Shown here: one piece after another, positions 35,339 to 44,039 of the stretch
How positions within the stretch are numbered: the first letter of the stretch is position 1
Layout: every line of letters begins with the position of its first letter
Source of the DNA: a virus
Strand: one strand, 5' to 3'
DNA: 64,000 nt
IMG/VR virus record: IMGVR_UViG_3300009093_000036
Coordinates: 32,001 to 96,000 of that record
The notes under the pieces: model-generated
Told to the model about the DNA's origin: nothing
Seen by the model: only the letters and a program-made list of their open reading frames with translations
Databases searched by the model: none
Position numbers and translations under genes: made by a program

Positions 35339-36100
35339 TCACTCCACGGTGCGGACGGTCCAGAAGTCGTCCGCGAGGTTCGGGTTGGTGAGATACCCGT
35401 ACGGGATCGTGAAGTAGCCGGCCTGGCCCCACGCCGAGCCCCACGAGTTGCGGACGATGAAGCGCTCGGTGCTGTCGTCGTAGCCGACACACAGGACGGC
35501 ATGACCGCCCAGCATCTGCTCGCCGACCGCCGGAAGGTTGAGCACGCCGGTCTTGGCGACCTCGGCGCTCTCGAAGCTCTCGTAGACGGAGAAGCCGAAG
35601 ACGAACGGGAAGCCCGCCGCGAGGCAGCTCTTCATCGCGCTGAGGCTGGTGCTGACGATGCGCTTGTATGAGAGCGCCTGATGGAGGGCGGCTTCCTTGT
35701 ACGCCTTCGCCGTGGGCTTCAGCTTGAACTTCGTGATGCGGTACGGCCACGTCGTCTCCGCGCACGCCCCGAGCTTCACGACGCTCTTGATGCCGTCCCG
35801 GATCTGAGCGCCAGCGTCGGAGGCGACCGTGCCCTCCATGCTGCGCTCGTTGTAGTAGATGAAGAGCCGCGACGGTGTGAAGAAGAGCCCGAGGTGCTCC
35901 TTGTGGTCGGCGAACGCGAGGGCCGCCGCGATCGCGTTGCCGGTGCAGCTTCCGAGCTGTCCCTGGTCGTAGACCGGCGGGCACTCGCTGCGGAGGTCGA
36001 CCGCCGGGGGCAGTGCGACCGCGCCGTCGATGAAGTACTGATCCCGGTGATCGGGGACGTCGGGGCGCCAGGTGTACTTGCGATGGATGCTCTTGCTCAC
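35339..36100 (-). CDS. papain-like C1A cysteine peptidase, 253 aa
   Basis: VDLR, DQGQLGSCTGNA (Cys), GGHAVLCVGYD (His), VRNSWG (Asn). Confidence 0.93.
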   Translation of the reverse strand: MSKSIHRKYTWRPDVPDHRDQYFIDGAVALPPAVDLRSECPPVYDQGQLGSCTGNAIAAALAFADHKEHLGLFFTPSRLFIYYNERSMEGTVASDAGAQIRDGIKSVVKLGACAETTWPYRITKFKLKPTAKAYKEAALHQALSYKRIVSTSLSAMKSCLAAGFPFVFGFSVYESFESAEVAKTGVLNLPAVGEQMLGGHAVLCVGYDDSTERFIVRNSWGSAWGQAGYFTIPYGYLTNPNLADDFWTVRTVE

Positions 36101-36110
36101 GGGATCCTCC

Positions 36111-36491
36111 TTACAGCCAGCGAAGGGCTGCGTAGTTGATGGCGAGGTGTAGCGCGTTGTCGGCGATGATGAAAAGCCACGTGCTCATCCACGTCGGCTT
36201 CTCTTCATCGTACCCGGTCGCGTTCGTCTTCGCCCACACCGGCCACGCACTCGGAGGGGCCAGGAAGTTCTTCGCGAAGCAGACGTAGCGAGCCACCGCG
36301 AGATGGTCGATCAGAGCGTGCGTCTGCATGATGACGAACCATGCGACGAACGACGGGTGCAGCAGCACGAAGGGCAGCGAGTACGTGACGGCGTGGATGA
36401 ACGCGACCATGTACGACTTGCGTTTGTTCAGCGCCATCCAGTCGCTCTGGAGGATGTAGTCGCCGAACACGTGAGCGAGAAGCTGTTCCAT
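36111..36491 (-). CDS. DUF3307-like membrane protein, 126 aa
   Basis: LLAHVFGDYILQSDWMA..K, H..ID, ADNALH. Confidence 0.8.
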   Translation of the reverse strand: MEQLLAHVFGDYILQSDWMALNKRKSYMVAFIHAVTYSLPFVLLHPSFVAWFVIMQTHALIDHLAVARYVCFAKNFLAPPSAWPVWAKTNATGYDEEKPTWMSTWLFIIADNALHLAINYAALRWL

Positions 36492-36793
36492 CAGTCCTTC
36501 GTAGCCTCGTTCATCCGCGCCAGGAAGCTGTCGGCCATCTCGCGCCCGAGAGCACGAGCCTCCTCCACCGCCCCAGCCGGGTTCATCTTGGTGAGCGCCC
36601 CGACCGCAGCACTGGCCGCGACGCACCACGCACCTTCGACACGGACGCCGACGTCCTCGAACTTCGGCATCGGATGCCCGCTGACGGCCTTCCAGTCGAC
36701 GCTGTCGCCGTAGGCTTCATACATCGTCTTGGCGAGCTCACGCCACGACGCACGGAAGTCATCACTGAGCTGCTCTGCTTTCGTCATGTTCAT
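36491..36793 (-). CDS. hypothetical protein, 100 aa
   Basis: TGATG overlap. Confidence 0.7.
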   Translation of the reverse strand: MNMTKAEQLSDDFRASWRELAKTMYEAYGDSVDWKAVSGHPMPKFEDVGVRVEGAWCVAASAAVGALTKMNPAGAVEEARALGREMADSFLARMNEATKD

Positions 36794-36811
36794 GTTCCTT
36801 GGGGCAAAGAA

Positions 36812-37042
36812 TCAGCGAGCCACCGTGGTGGCCCCGAAGAAGGAGATCCCCTTGTCGGAGAGGTCCTTGATGGGCATGTCGATGTGCACGGTGTGCATGC
36901 TCTTGTCGACGTCGTGGATGCGGAACTCCTTCGCCCGCCCGATGACCGAGTAGAGCTTCTTCAGCCACTCGTTCCCCTTGGCGTGATCCTCGAAGACGAT
37001 GTCCTTGGTGACGCGAGGCGTCACGATGCGAAAGGTGATCAT
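36812..37042 (-). CDS. hypothetical protein, 76 aa
   Basis: ATGA overlap. Confidence 0.65.
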   Translation of the reverse strand: MITFRIVTPRVTKDIVFEDHAKGNEWLKKLYSVIGRAKEFRIHDVDKSMHTVHIDMPIKDLSDKGISFFGATTVAR

Positions 37043-37341
37043 GAGTCCATGTCCTCTCCCGGGCCACGCCGGCGAGGCGGACCACCGAGAGGACCTCCCG
37101 GACCCATCATTGGGCTCGGGAGATTCCCCATCGTGCGCATGTGCTCGCGGCGCATCGTGATCATGTCCTTGTGTTGCTGCTCCGCGAAGTCGTGCTGCTT
37201 CCGCGCGAACTGAAGCCGCTCGAAGTTGAAGTCGACGGTCCTGCTCTTCACCCTGATGGCGGAGAGGCGCACGTGCATCCACGCACCGACGGCGGCGAGA
37301 AGCACGAGAGCTGAGAGGTAGGCGACGATGTTCAAGTCCAT
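37039..37341 (-). CDS. small membrane protein, 100 aa
   Basis: N-terminal TM, GGAG SD. Confidence 0.7.
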   Translation of the reverse strand: MDLNIVAYLSALVLLAAVGAWMHVRLSAIRVKSRTVDFNFERLQFARKQHDFAEQQHKDMITMRREHMRTMGNLPSPMMGPGGPLGGPPRRRGPGEDMDS

Positions 37342-37368
37342 GGCGGCTCCAGTCCTAGCGTAGCAGGG

Positions 37369-37761
37369 TCAGGCGCCCATCGAGCAGATGCCCGAGACGT
37401 CGTGCTCTTCGTTGCCCGGCCAGACGAAGGAGATGTCCTCCCACTTCAGGACGATGAGGCTCTGGCCGAGCCGCTCCTGGATCTGGAGGTTCGTGTGCCG
37501 CTCCGCGTAGAACCAGAGGAAGGCGCACTTCATCCCCGGCTCCAGACCGAAGAGGGGCATGCGCTGGGGACCATCGCCAGGCTTCACGACTGCGAGCGTA
37601 CCCACCGCCCGGATGATGCCGATCGCGGTGGCGTCCTCCTTCTGACGGTCGATGATGATCTTGGTGTTCTTGTAGGTCTCGGGGAGCTTGACCCGCTCGA
37701 CCAGGATGTTGTTGCCGATGACGCGCACCGTGCGGCCATCGTGGAGCTGGAACGTGTTCAT
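37369..37761 (-). CDS. GroES/cpn10-like co-chaperonin, 130 aa
   Basis: RVIGNNILVERV, IIID, GIIRAVG, EPG, LIVLKWEDI. Confidence 0.75.
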   Translation of the reverse strand: MNTFQLHDGRTVRVIGNNILVERVKLPETYKNTKIIIDRQKEDATAIGIIRAVGTLAVVKPGDGPQRMPLFGLEPGMKCAFLWFYAERHTNLQIQERLGQSLIVLKWEDISFVWPGNEEHDVSGICSMGA

Positions 37762-37773
37762 GTTGTGTACCCG

Positions 37774-38427
37774 TCAGTGGTAGATGCTGAGCAGAAGGCT
37801 CCGGTCGGAGTCCGTGATGTGTGGAGGGAACCCGCCTCCCGTAGGATGCAGGTCCGGTGACATGATGCTGACGTCGTTGACGTCGGTCTCGTCCGCCAAG
37901 CCGAGGCAGTGCCCGAGCTCGTGCTGAAGAGCGAGGTCCAACATCTCTGTCGTCCCCGTGTTGGCGGTCTCGATGCAGCAGGAGTCGTGGCAGCGCCAGG
38001 CCCGTCCTCCCGGCTCGTGGCGCCAGCTCGGATCGAGAGGGACACCGACGATGATGTGGATCGAACACTGGTCGCCAGCACGCAGCACCTGACGGCCGAG
38101 GCGTTGGTTGATGGTGTTGACGGCATCCGCGACGGCCTGGGCATCCTCGTGCGTCGCGTTGGTCCAGGCGTTCTCGTCTTCCCCGATCCCGGCCACATGC
38201 TGAAGCACCTCGGCGATGTGTAGATCGGTCGTGTACGTGTTCGCGCAGACCCCAACCGGCACAGTGAGCCGACCAGCCGTCACGTCATCCGGAATCAGGT
38301 TGAAGTGCGGGTCGAGACCAGCCTCCGTGTGCGTCGTGACGCCGTAGACGATGAGACCGATCACGACGGCGGTGAAGATGCCGATGATGATGGCCATGAA
38401 CTTCCAGCTCTTGATGAAATCCCACAT
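37774..38427 (-). CDS. membrane-anchored metzincin-like zinc metalloprotease, 217 aa
   Basis: N-terminal TM; HELGHCLGLAD zinc motif and SIMSP Met-turn. Confidence 0.8.
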   Translation of the reverse strand: MWDFIKSWKFMAIIIGIFTAVVIGLIVYGVTTHTEAGLDPHFNLIPDDVTAGRLTVPVGVCANTYTTDLHIAEVLQHVAGIGEDENAWTNATHEDAQAVADAVNTINQRLGRQVLRAGDQCSIHIIVGVPLDPSWRHEPGGRAWRCHDSCCIETANTGTTEMLDLALQHELGHCLGLADETDVNDVSIMSPDLHPTGGGFPPHITDSDRSLLLSIYH

Positions 38428-38447
38428 GATGTTGTCTCCTCGTCTTC

Positions 38448-38455
38448 CTGATAGG
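38448..38455 (-). promoter_or_regulatory. CCTATCAG promoter-like motif
   Basis: upstream of 38427 start. Confidence 0.55.
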
Positions 38456-38478
38456 AGCTTCCACGACCCGCGTCGAGG

Positions 38479-39501
38479 TCACTTCTTCTTTTTGCCCTTG
38501 GGCTTCTCGGGCTCCGACTTCCGTTCGAGACTGAGGAGGGCCTCACGGAGGCGCTGCTTGTCAGCTTCTTCCTTCTCCTTGATCACCTCGACGAGATCCG
38601 GGTCGATGATCTCCCTCAGCTCGGTCTCGATGATCTCGCGAAGCACTCGCGGCGGGAGAGCATCCACCTCCCACGAGTTCTCGCCATGCATCGCGATGTA
38701 CTTCTCGGCACGGCTGTCTGTGATCTTCGCAGGGTTCGGCGGAGGGTCGTACTCCTCGACCTGCTCGGGAGTGAGAGCGACCTTCTTCACTTCGAGGCCG
38801 AGTATCGGCATGCGCTCGCGCTGAGCGACAGGCTCTTCGACCGTGACTTCTCCACCACGATACGGACGGCCAGCCGAGTACGTGATGTCCAGACCATGGT
38901 TCATGAACTGCGAGAGGCGATCGTCGATGTCTCGAACCATGTCCTCGCCCGAGGGGTCGAGGTCGCCGAGATAGAGGATGACCGCCTCTGTCGCACCGAT
39001 CTTGTCGCACTCGGAGCGAACACGAAGCCCGGACTCGCGCATCGCCGACGTCGAGCTGTACCCGCGGTTGACCATCAGCGTGACGTGGTACTCGTCCGCG
39101 ATCGGGGCGAGAACGCCGGCGAGGGCATCCTTCTCCACCCAGAGCTCGACGTAGCGCTCCTGCCCCATCAGCCGTGGCAGCCGGAAGCTGCTGAAGGCGG
39201 CATTCACGAGGCTGTCGAGCGACCTGAACTCGGGAGGCTTCTCGGGGACACGGATGCGGTCCTCGATCGACGACCAGTCCATCAGCCCACCGAGGCGAGC
39301 ACGCGACACCAGGTTGCCGATGCGGTCGTACTCCTCCTTCTTGTTGGCGATGAGGTCCTTCGAGACGAGCTGGTAGTAGAGCTGACGGAGCGTGAGCTTG
39401 AAGCCCTGGCGCTGGTAATCCAGGACGATCGTGATGATCGTGTCCAGCAGATTCCGCGCGTCGGGCTTGGGCTTGTACCCGTCGTAGTACGTGTAGTTCA
39501 T
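38479..39501 (-). CDS. TopoVI-A/Spo11-like (CAP-TOPRIM) protein, 340 aa
   Basis: LTLRQLYYQL, ELWVEKDAL, NRGYSS, LYLGDLDPSG, EVDALPP. Confidence 0.8.
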   Translation of the reverse strand: MNYTYYDGYKPKPDARNLLDTIITIVLDYQRQGFKLTLRQLYYQLVSKDLIANKKEEYDRIGNLVSRARLGGLMDWSSIEDRIRVPEKPPEFRSLDSLVNAAFSSFRLPRLMGQERYVELWVEKDALAGVLAPIADEYHVTLMVNRGYSSTSAMRESGLRVRSECDKIGATEAVILYLGDLDPSGEDMVRDIDDRLSQFMNHGLDITYSAGRPYRGGEVTVEEPVAQRERMPILGLEVKKVALTPEQVEEYDPPPNPAKITDSRAEKYIAMHGENSWEVDALPPRVLREIIETELREIIDPDLVEVIKEKEEADKQRLREALLSLERKSEPEKPKGKKKK

Positions 39502-39577
39502 GTTCGTGTCCTTGTTGAGGTCCCACACCTACGTAGGCATGGGACCTGGCGAAGTTGCACGAGGACCGTGCAGAAGC

Positions 39578-39991
39578 TCACCCCTTCTTGTCGGCCTTCT
39601 CCTCCTCACCGTCGAGCTTGAAGACGTCGCTGACGTCCGGAAGCTGCGGGAGAGCCGCCGGAGTCGATCCGGCGAGCTTGCCGTCGACGATGAGGCCCTT
39701 CTCCTCCATCGCCGCGATGATCGACTTCGCGTGATCGATCGGGGCGAGACGGAGCTGTGCGCCGAGCTGCTGCTCGTTGGCGAGGATGAAGATGCCGGGG
39801 AGCACCGGGCCTCCCTGCCCGCCCTTGCCGTAGTTGGCCTCACCGAAGGCCATGATCAACGCCATCGTCTCCTTCCCGTCCGGGTTGACGTAGCGGACCA
39901 TGACGTGCTGCGCGGGCGTGATGGAGATGATGCGGTTGGGCCGACCTTCGGGGTAGTGACCGACACGCGTGGGATCCTGAACCTGGGCCAT
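39578..39991 (-). CDS. hypothetical protein, 137 aa
   Basis: ORF in operon. Confidence 0.7.
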   Translation of the reverse strand: MAQVQDPTRVGHYPEGRPNRIISITPAQHVMVRYVNPDGKETMALIMAFGEANYGKGGQGGPVLPGIFILANEQQLGAQLRLAPIDHAKSIIAAMEEKGLIVDGKLAGSTPAALPQLPDVSDVFKLDGEEEKADKKG

Positions 39992-40010
39992 GGGCTTCTC
40001 TCTTTCTTTG

Positions 40011-40361
40011 CTAGCCGAGCGTGAGACTGTCGGCGTCGAACGTACCGTTGATGATGTTGGCGACCACCGAGGGGTGGATCGGGATGTCCTTGATGTGGCC
40101 GGTCGAGTACTTCCCCGTCCGGATCACGACCGTCTTGGGCTTCACATCACGGATGACGCTGACGTGGTGCTTGACCATTTCGGCGCGATCGATGCGGTTC
40201 CAGACGTTGTAGGGCTCGTACTTCCCAGCCTCGACGCGTCGGTGGTAGCCCGCGATGTAGCCGTCGTCGTAGAGGTCGATCTCGATGATGAGATCGGCCT
40301 CCAGCTCCTTCGGGTCCGTGTCCTCCGGCTTCTTCCGGAGGTCGATCGTGATGTGGCGCAT
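40011..40361 (-). CDS. hypothetical protein, 116 aa
   Basis: ORF in operon; TAG stop. Confidence 0.7.
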   Translation of the reverse strand: MRHITIDLRKKPEDTDPKELEADLIIEIDLYDDGYIAGYHRRVEAGKYEPYNVWNRIDRAEMVKHHVSVIRDVKPKTVVIRTGKYSTGHIKDIPIHPSVVANIINGTFDADSLTLG

Positions 40362-40363
40362 GT

Positions 40364-40927
40364 TCAGCCCGGCGGGAAGTCTTCGTCACCGAAGCCCGGG
40401 AGCTGCGGCATGTTGCTCTTCTGCTGAACCGGCGGAGGCTCCGCCGGCGAACCGTTGATGAGCGGGTTGCCAGCTTCATCTTGCGTGATGGTGCGCGTCG
40501 GACGGCTCCGAGCTCGAAGAGTGCGGACCTTCTCCTCCTCGTCGCCGAAGACTCCTTCGAGGCCTCCCGGTGTCGAGCCCTCGCTGTCCGGCGGAGCTTC
40601 GCTGAGCGACGCCATGACGGGGCCCGCAGAGCCGACGAGGCTGAAGGGCCGCTCCTCCGCCTCCTCCTGAGCTCCAAGCGACGGGGGCGCACCATCGAGA
40701 CCGACCCGAGCATCCTCGAAGGTGGTCGTGGCGGTGTGCAGAACCGGCTCGGTGGGGCCCGAGGTCTTCTCCCGCACCGCGCTGAGGGTGAGCTCCTCCA
40801 TCTGCTCCTCGGTGATCGGGATGCGCATGGTCTGCCCGAAGAGCTCGAAGACGAGCAGGCACGTCTGCTCCATCGTGTCGAAGTTGAGGGCCTGCTCGAC
40901 ACCGAGAACGTTCGCCGTGATCTTCAT
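40364..40927 (-). CDS. hypothetical protein, 187 aa
   Basis: ATGA overlap. Confidence 0.7.
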   Translation of the reverse strand: MKITANVLGVEQALNFDTMEQTCLLVFELFGQTMRIPITEEQMEELTLSAVREKTSGPTEPVLHTATTTFEDARVGLDGAPPSLGAQEEAEERPFSLVGSAGPVMASLSEAPPDSEGSTPGGLEGVFGDEEEKVRTLRARSRPTRTITQDEAGNPLINGSPAEPPPVQQKSNMPQLPGFGDEDFPPG

Positions 40928-41271
40928 GTTGGCTTCTTTCCTCCCCGGGGATCGGGGACCGGCGCCTTGCCGGCACTGACGCGAGTGGCGTCTGCTCTCT
41001 GCTTACGCAAAAGAGAGACGGCTGAGAGCACGCCGTCCATCTTCGCGCCGATGTCCAGCACCGAAGCGAGGATGAGACAACAGTCCGCACCCTCACCCGG
41101 CTTGGAGTCGATGTTGTAGGCCCGGCAGTCCGAAGCGCACATGCGCTCCTGGTTCATGAAGCAGGTCGTGCCGTCCGAGATCGGGAGCTCGTCCGGCTTG
41201 TGGAGATGCGGCGTGGGCTTGCCACGCAGTTCCTTTTCGAGCTGCTCCAGCTCTTGATCGCGGTCCATCAC
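40924..41271 (-). CDS. Cys-containing hypothetical protein, 115 aa
   Basis: C..C..C..CC cluster. Confidence 0.7.
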   Translation of the reverse strand: MMDRDQELEQLEKELRGKPTPHLHKPDELPISDGTTCFMNQERMCASDCRAYNIDSKPGEGADCCLILASVLDIGAKMDGVLSAVSLLRKQRADATRVSAGKAPVPDPRGGKKPT

Positions 41272-41546
41272 TCTGGCTCCAAGTCAGAGGTCGGAGGGCC
41301 CTTCCGCTGCCACGCCTCGTCATAGACGACGCGGATGACACCGTGGACCTCCTCGGTGTGAAATCCCATGAGGCCTCGCTCGTCCGGCTTCGTCTCGGGC
41401 ACGAGACGAGTGAGCGTCCCCAGCTTGGTGTCGAGCTTCGTGACGTAGCTCTGGAGCTTGCCATCGAGGTAGACCCGCACGCTGTCGGAGACGATGAACT
41501 TCATCTCCGACTTGGGGATTCCGTGGGACGTGGGCGGGAAGTCCAT
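41268..41546 (-). CDS. hypothetical protein, 92 aa
   Basis: in frame with upstream TAG at 41550. Confidence 0.65.
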   Translation of the reverse strand: MDFPPTSHGIPKSEMKFIVSDSVRVYLDGKLQSYVTKLDTKLGTLTRLVPETKPDERGLMGFHTEEVHGVIRVVYDEAWQRKGPPTSDLEPE

Positions 41547-41549
41547 GAG

Positions 41550-41747
41550 CTACTCCTTCCGGGCGTTCTTGTGGGGGCGCTTCGAGTAGAAGTCCGTGGT
41601 GAACTTCTGCATCGCTTCGAGGGCAGTCGTGTCCGCCGAGTTGGTGAACACGTACTTCTTGCCCGGCAAGGGCTCCTTGCCGAACTTGATCTCCGTGATC
41701 TCCTCGACCACGAAGCCGTTCTCGACTTCCTCGATGAGGAGCTTCAC
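41550..41747 (-). CDS. hypothetical protein, 65 aa
   Basis: GTGA overlap; TAG stop. Confidence 0.6.
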   Translation of the reverse strand: MKLLIEEVENGFVVEEITEIKFGKEPLPGKKYVFTNSADTTALEAMQKFTTDFYSKRPHKNARKE

Positions 41748-42775
41748 GTCGAGCTCCTGGTGGCGATCCTGAAGTCTCCTCCGAGATCGATGATGATCTT
41801 GTGCCCGAGCATCGTGGCGTCCTCCCCGTACACCTCCGTCCACGTCCGGAAGATGAACTCGGGCACGAGGATGCCGGCGATCTCCTGTCCCTCGGTCTTC
41901 TCGGCCTCGAAGAAGCGAGGCAGGAGACGGGGAGCGATGTAGAACTCCCACAGCCGGTTCATCGCCCTCTTCGCGACCGGCACCTTCGCGTTCTCACGCT
42001 TCAGCCAGTCCGGGTCGTACTCGCCGGTGTAGATGTTGAAGAGCTCGGCGTTCTCCGCCGTCATCTCGGGCGGGAACGGAACGGTCTCCTTGCCGGCGTT
42101 CAGCCCATCGACGTCGATGCCCATGTCTCTCGCCGTGTCCTGGGCCATGAGGATCGGGCCGGTGATGGGGGCGTCGAGCAGCTTCATGAGCTGCTTGAGG
42201 TCCTTGGGAGGGATGTCGGGGAGATCGAGCGCAGCCCCCGAGTCGCGGTTCTTCACCTGCTCCTGGATGTCGGAGCGAGGGTCGTCACCACCGAGGATCT
42301 CCAGCTTGTGGATCGCGTTGGTGTTGATGATGCCCATCGACTCGCCGGCGACGACTTCCGAGCCCGGAGGAGCATCGATCTTGCCGACGGGCTTCTCCTC
42401 CCCGATGTTGCCCTTCTTCGCTGCGTGCTCGGCAGCCGCCATGAAGGCCTTCTCGATGATGCCCTCGGTGGCGGCACGCATCACGGAGTCGATGCCCTCC
42501 TGGTCGCCCTTCTCGATGAGGCCGATGAAGACGAGCGCCTGCGCGATCGGGCCGGCGGCGTGCTTCGTCGTCACGAACAGGAGGAGGTTCAGCACCGCCT
42601 TCACGTCGAAGATCTTCTCGGTGGTGAGGATGCCCGTCGTCTCCGACAGAGTGCCCTCCCACTTGCAGTTCGGGCAGCGGACCTTCTTCTGATCCGCGCT
42701 CACGATGATGCTCGACTTGGACATCTCCAGGTCGGGGCAGCCACACTTCGAGCAGATGTAGACCTGCTGATCCAT
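41744..42775 (-). CDS. Zn-ribbon-containing hypothetical protein, 343 aa
   Basis: CSKCG...CPNC; TGATG overlap. Confidence 0.75.
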   Translation of the reverse strand: MDQQVYICSKCGCPDLEMSKSSIIVSADQKKVRCPNCKWEGTLSETTGILTTEKIFDVKAVLNLLLFVTTKHAAGPIAQALVFIGLIEKGDQEGIDSVMRAATEGIIEKAFMAAAEHAAKKGNIGEEKPVGKIDAPPGSEVVAGESMGIINTNAIHKLEILGGDDPRSDIQEQVKNRDSGAALDLPDIPPKDLKQLMKLLDAPITGPILMAQDTARDMGIDVDGLNAGKETVPFPPEMTAENAELFNIYTGEYDPDWLKRENAKVPVAKRAMNRLWEFYIAPRLLPRFFEAEKTEGQEIAGILVPEFIFRTWTEVYGEDATMLGHKIIIDLGGDFRIATRSST

Positions 42776-43272
42776 CACACACCCCGCTTCTCGGCTTCGA
42801 GCCGTGCACGAAACGCCTTCCAGCGCGCATCGAGTTCTTCCTTCGTCGGGGCCGGCTGACCCAGACGCTGCCTTCGGCTGGCTTCGAGCAAGATGTCGGG
42901 GATCGAGTACTGGTACGTGGTGTCGAAGAAGCCGAGTCCGGCCATCTCCGCCGAAGAGATGTACATGTCCATCGCCACGGCGCTGTAGTACTCCTGGTCC
43001 TCCGCCGTCCACCCTGCATTGGTCGAGAGCTCCGGCGGAGAGTGCAGAGCCTCACCGAGAGCGAAGTGCTTGCCGTCGCTCGCCAAAACGAGAGGAACCA
43101 CCGGCACCGAGTCGGTGTTGGCGGCCTGCTTGTAGAGGTCGATGAGCTCGACGTCGTCGGCATCCTTGCCGTACTCCGCGAGCGTCGGCGACACGTAGTG
43201 GAGAGCAGCGCGCTTCTCACTGGTGGAGAGCTTCGCGAAGGCCTCGTGCGTGTAGAGCTGCTGGTTGTCCAT
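42775..43272 (-). CDS. hypothetical protein, 165 aa
   Basis: SD, operon context. Confidence 0.7.
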   Translation of the reverse strand: MDNQQLYTHEAFAKLSTSEKRAALHYVSPTLAEYGKDADDVELIDLYKQAANTDSVPVVPLVLASDGKHFALGEALHSPPELSTNAGWTAEDQEYYSAVAMDMYISSAEMAGLGFFDTTYQYSIPDILLEASRRQRLGQPAPTKEELDARWKAFRARLEAEKRGV

Positions 43273-43274
43273 GT

Positions 43275-43613
43275 TCACTGCCTCCCGTTGGTGCGCTCGA
43301 CGAGCTTGATGAACTCGTTCCACGCGATGAGACGGTCGTGAGACTCCGGCCCGCTGAAGGACTGGAACTGAGAGCCCCGCGCCTTCTTCGCCCGCACCTG
43401 GTACTTGCCGTTGAGCAAGACCACGATGCGGACCTGATCGGACTTCGAGACGGCCTTCGCCTGGAGTGCGAGCTTGTCGTACTCCTCCCAGTAGCCCGCG
43501 GGCCACTTGAACTCGAAGTCGATCGTCGGGATGAACTCCGGCTCGAAGGCCCTCTCGTAGAAGTCCTGGAAGCCGCCATCCATCCGGTCACCGTAGATGT
43601 TGATCTCGCGCAC
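43275..43613 (-). CDS. hypothetical protein, 112 aa
   Basis: GAGG SD plus GTG. Confidence 0.7.
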   Translation of the reverse strand: MREINIYGDRMDGGFQDFYERAFEPEFIPTIDFEFKWPAGYWEEYDKLALQAKAVSKSDQVRIVVLLNGKYQVRAKKARGSQFQSFSGPESHDRLIAWNEFIKLVERTNGRQ

Positions 43614-43622
43614 GTTGTTTCC

Positions 43623-44039
43623 TCAGAGGCCCGGCATGCGGGGCTGGAGCTTGAACTTGTCGGGTGGCTTCGATGCTCCCTTACGGAGCAGGGCAGCCTT
43701 CTTCTTGTAGAGCTCGGTCTTGTTGATCCGCGCCTTGATCTTCGTGAAGCGAAGCAGGGCTTCCTTCTCGGCCTGCTGATCGAGGTTCTGGGCGTTGGCC
43801 AAGAACGGGAGGGTCTTGTCGGCGTACTCCTGGAACGCCTTGACGATGGGTTCGACCTGCGACTCCGACGTGATGCCTGCGTGAACGAGAGCTCGGGTCG
43901 AGAGAAGTTCCGCTTCCATCCGCCGAAGAGCGATGAGCATGAAGAGCGACTCCTGTGGGGAGTTCGGCGGGGGAAGGCCCGGGTACTTGTCGTACATGAC
44001 GTTCCCGAGAGCCCACCCCACAGAAGTCGCTAGCCATTT
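43623..44039 (-). CDS. -1-frame extension of tail-chaperone-like gene (GT-like)
   Basis: open frame entered by a -1 slip at A-AAA-AAT (44042-44036). Confidence 0.65.
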   Translation of the reverse strand, partial: KWLATSVGWALGNVMYDKYPGLPPPNSPQESLFMLIALRRMEAELLSTRALVHAGITSESQVEPIVKAFQEYADKTLPFLANAQNLDQQAEKEALLRFTKIKARINKTELYKKKAALLRKGASKPPDKFKLQPRMPGL

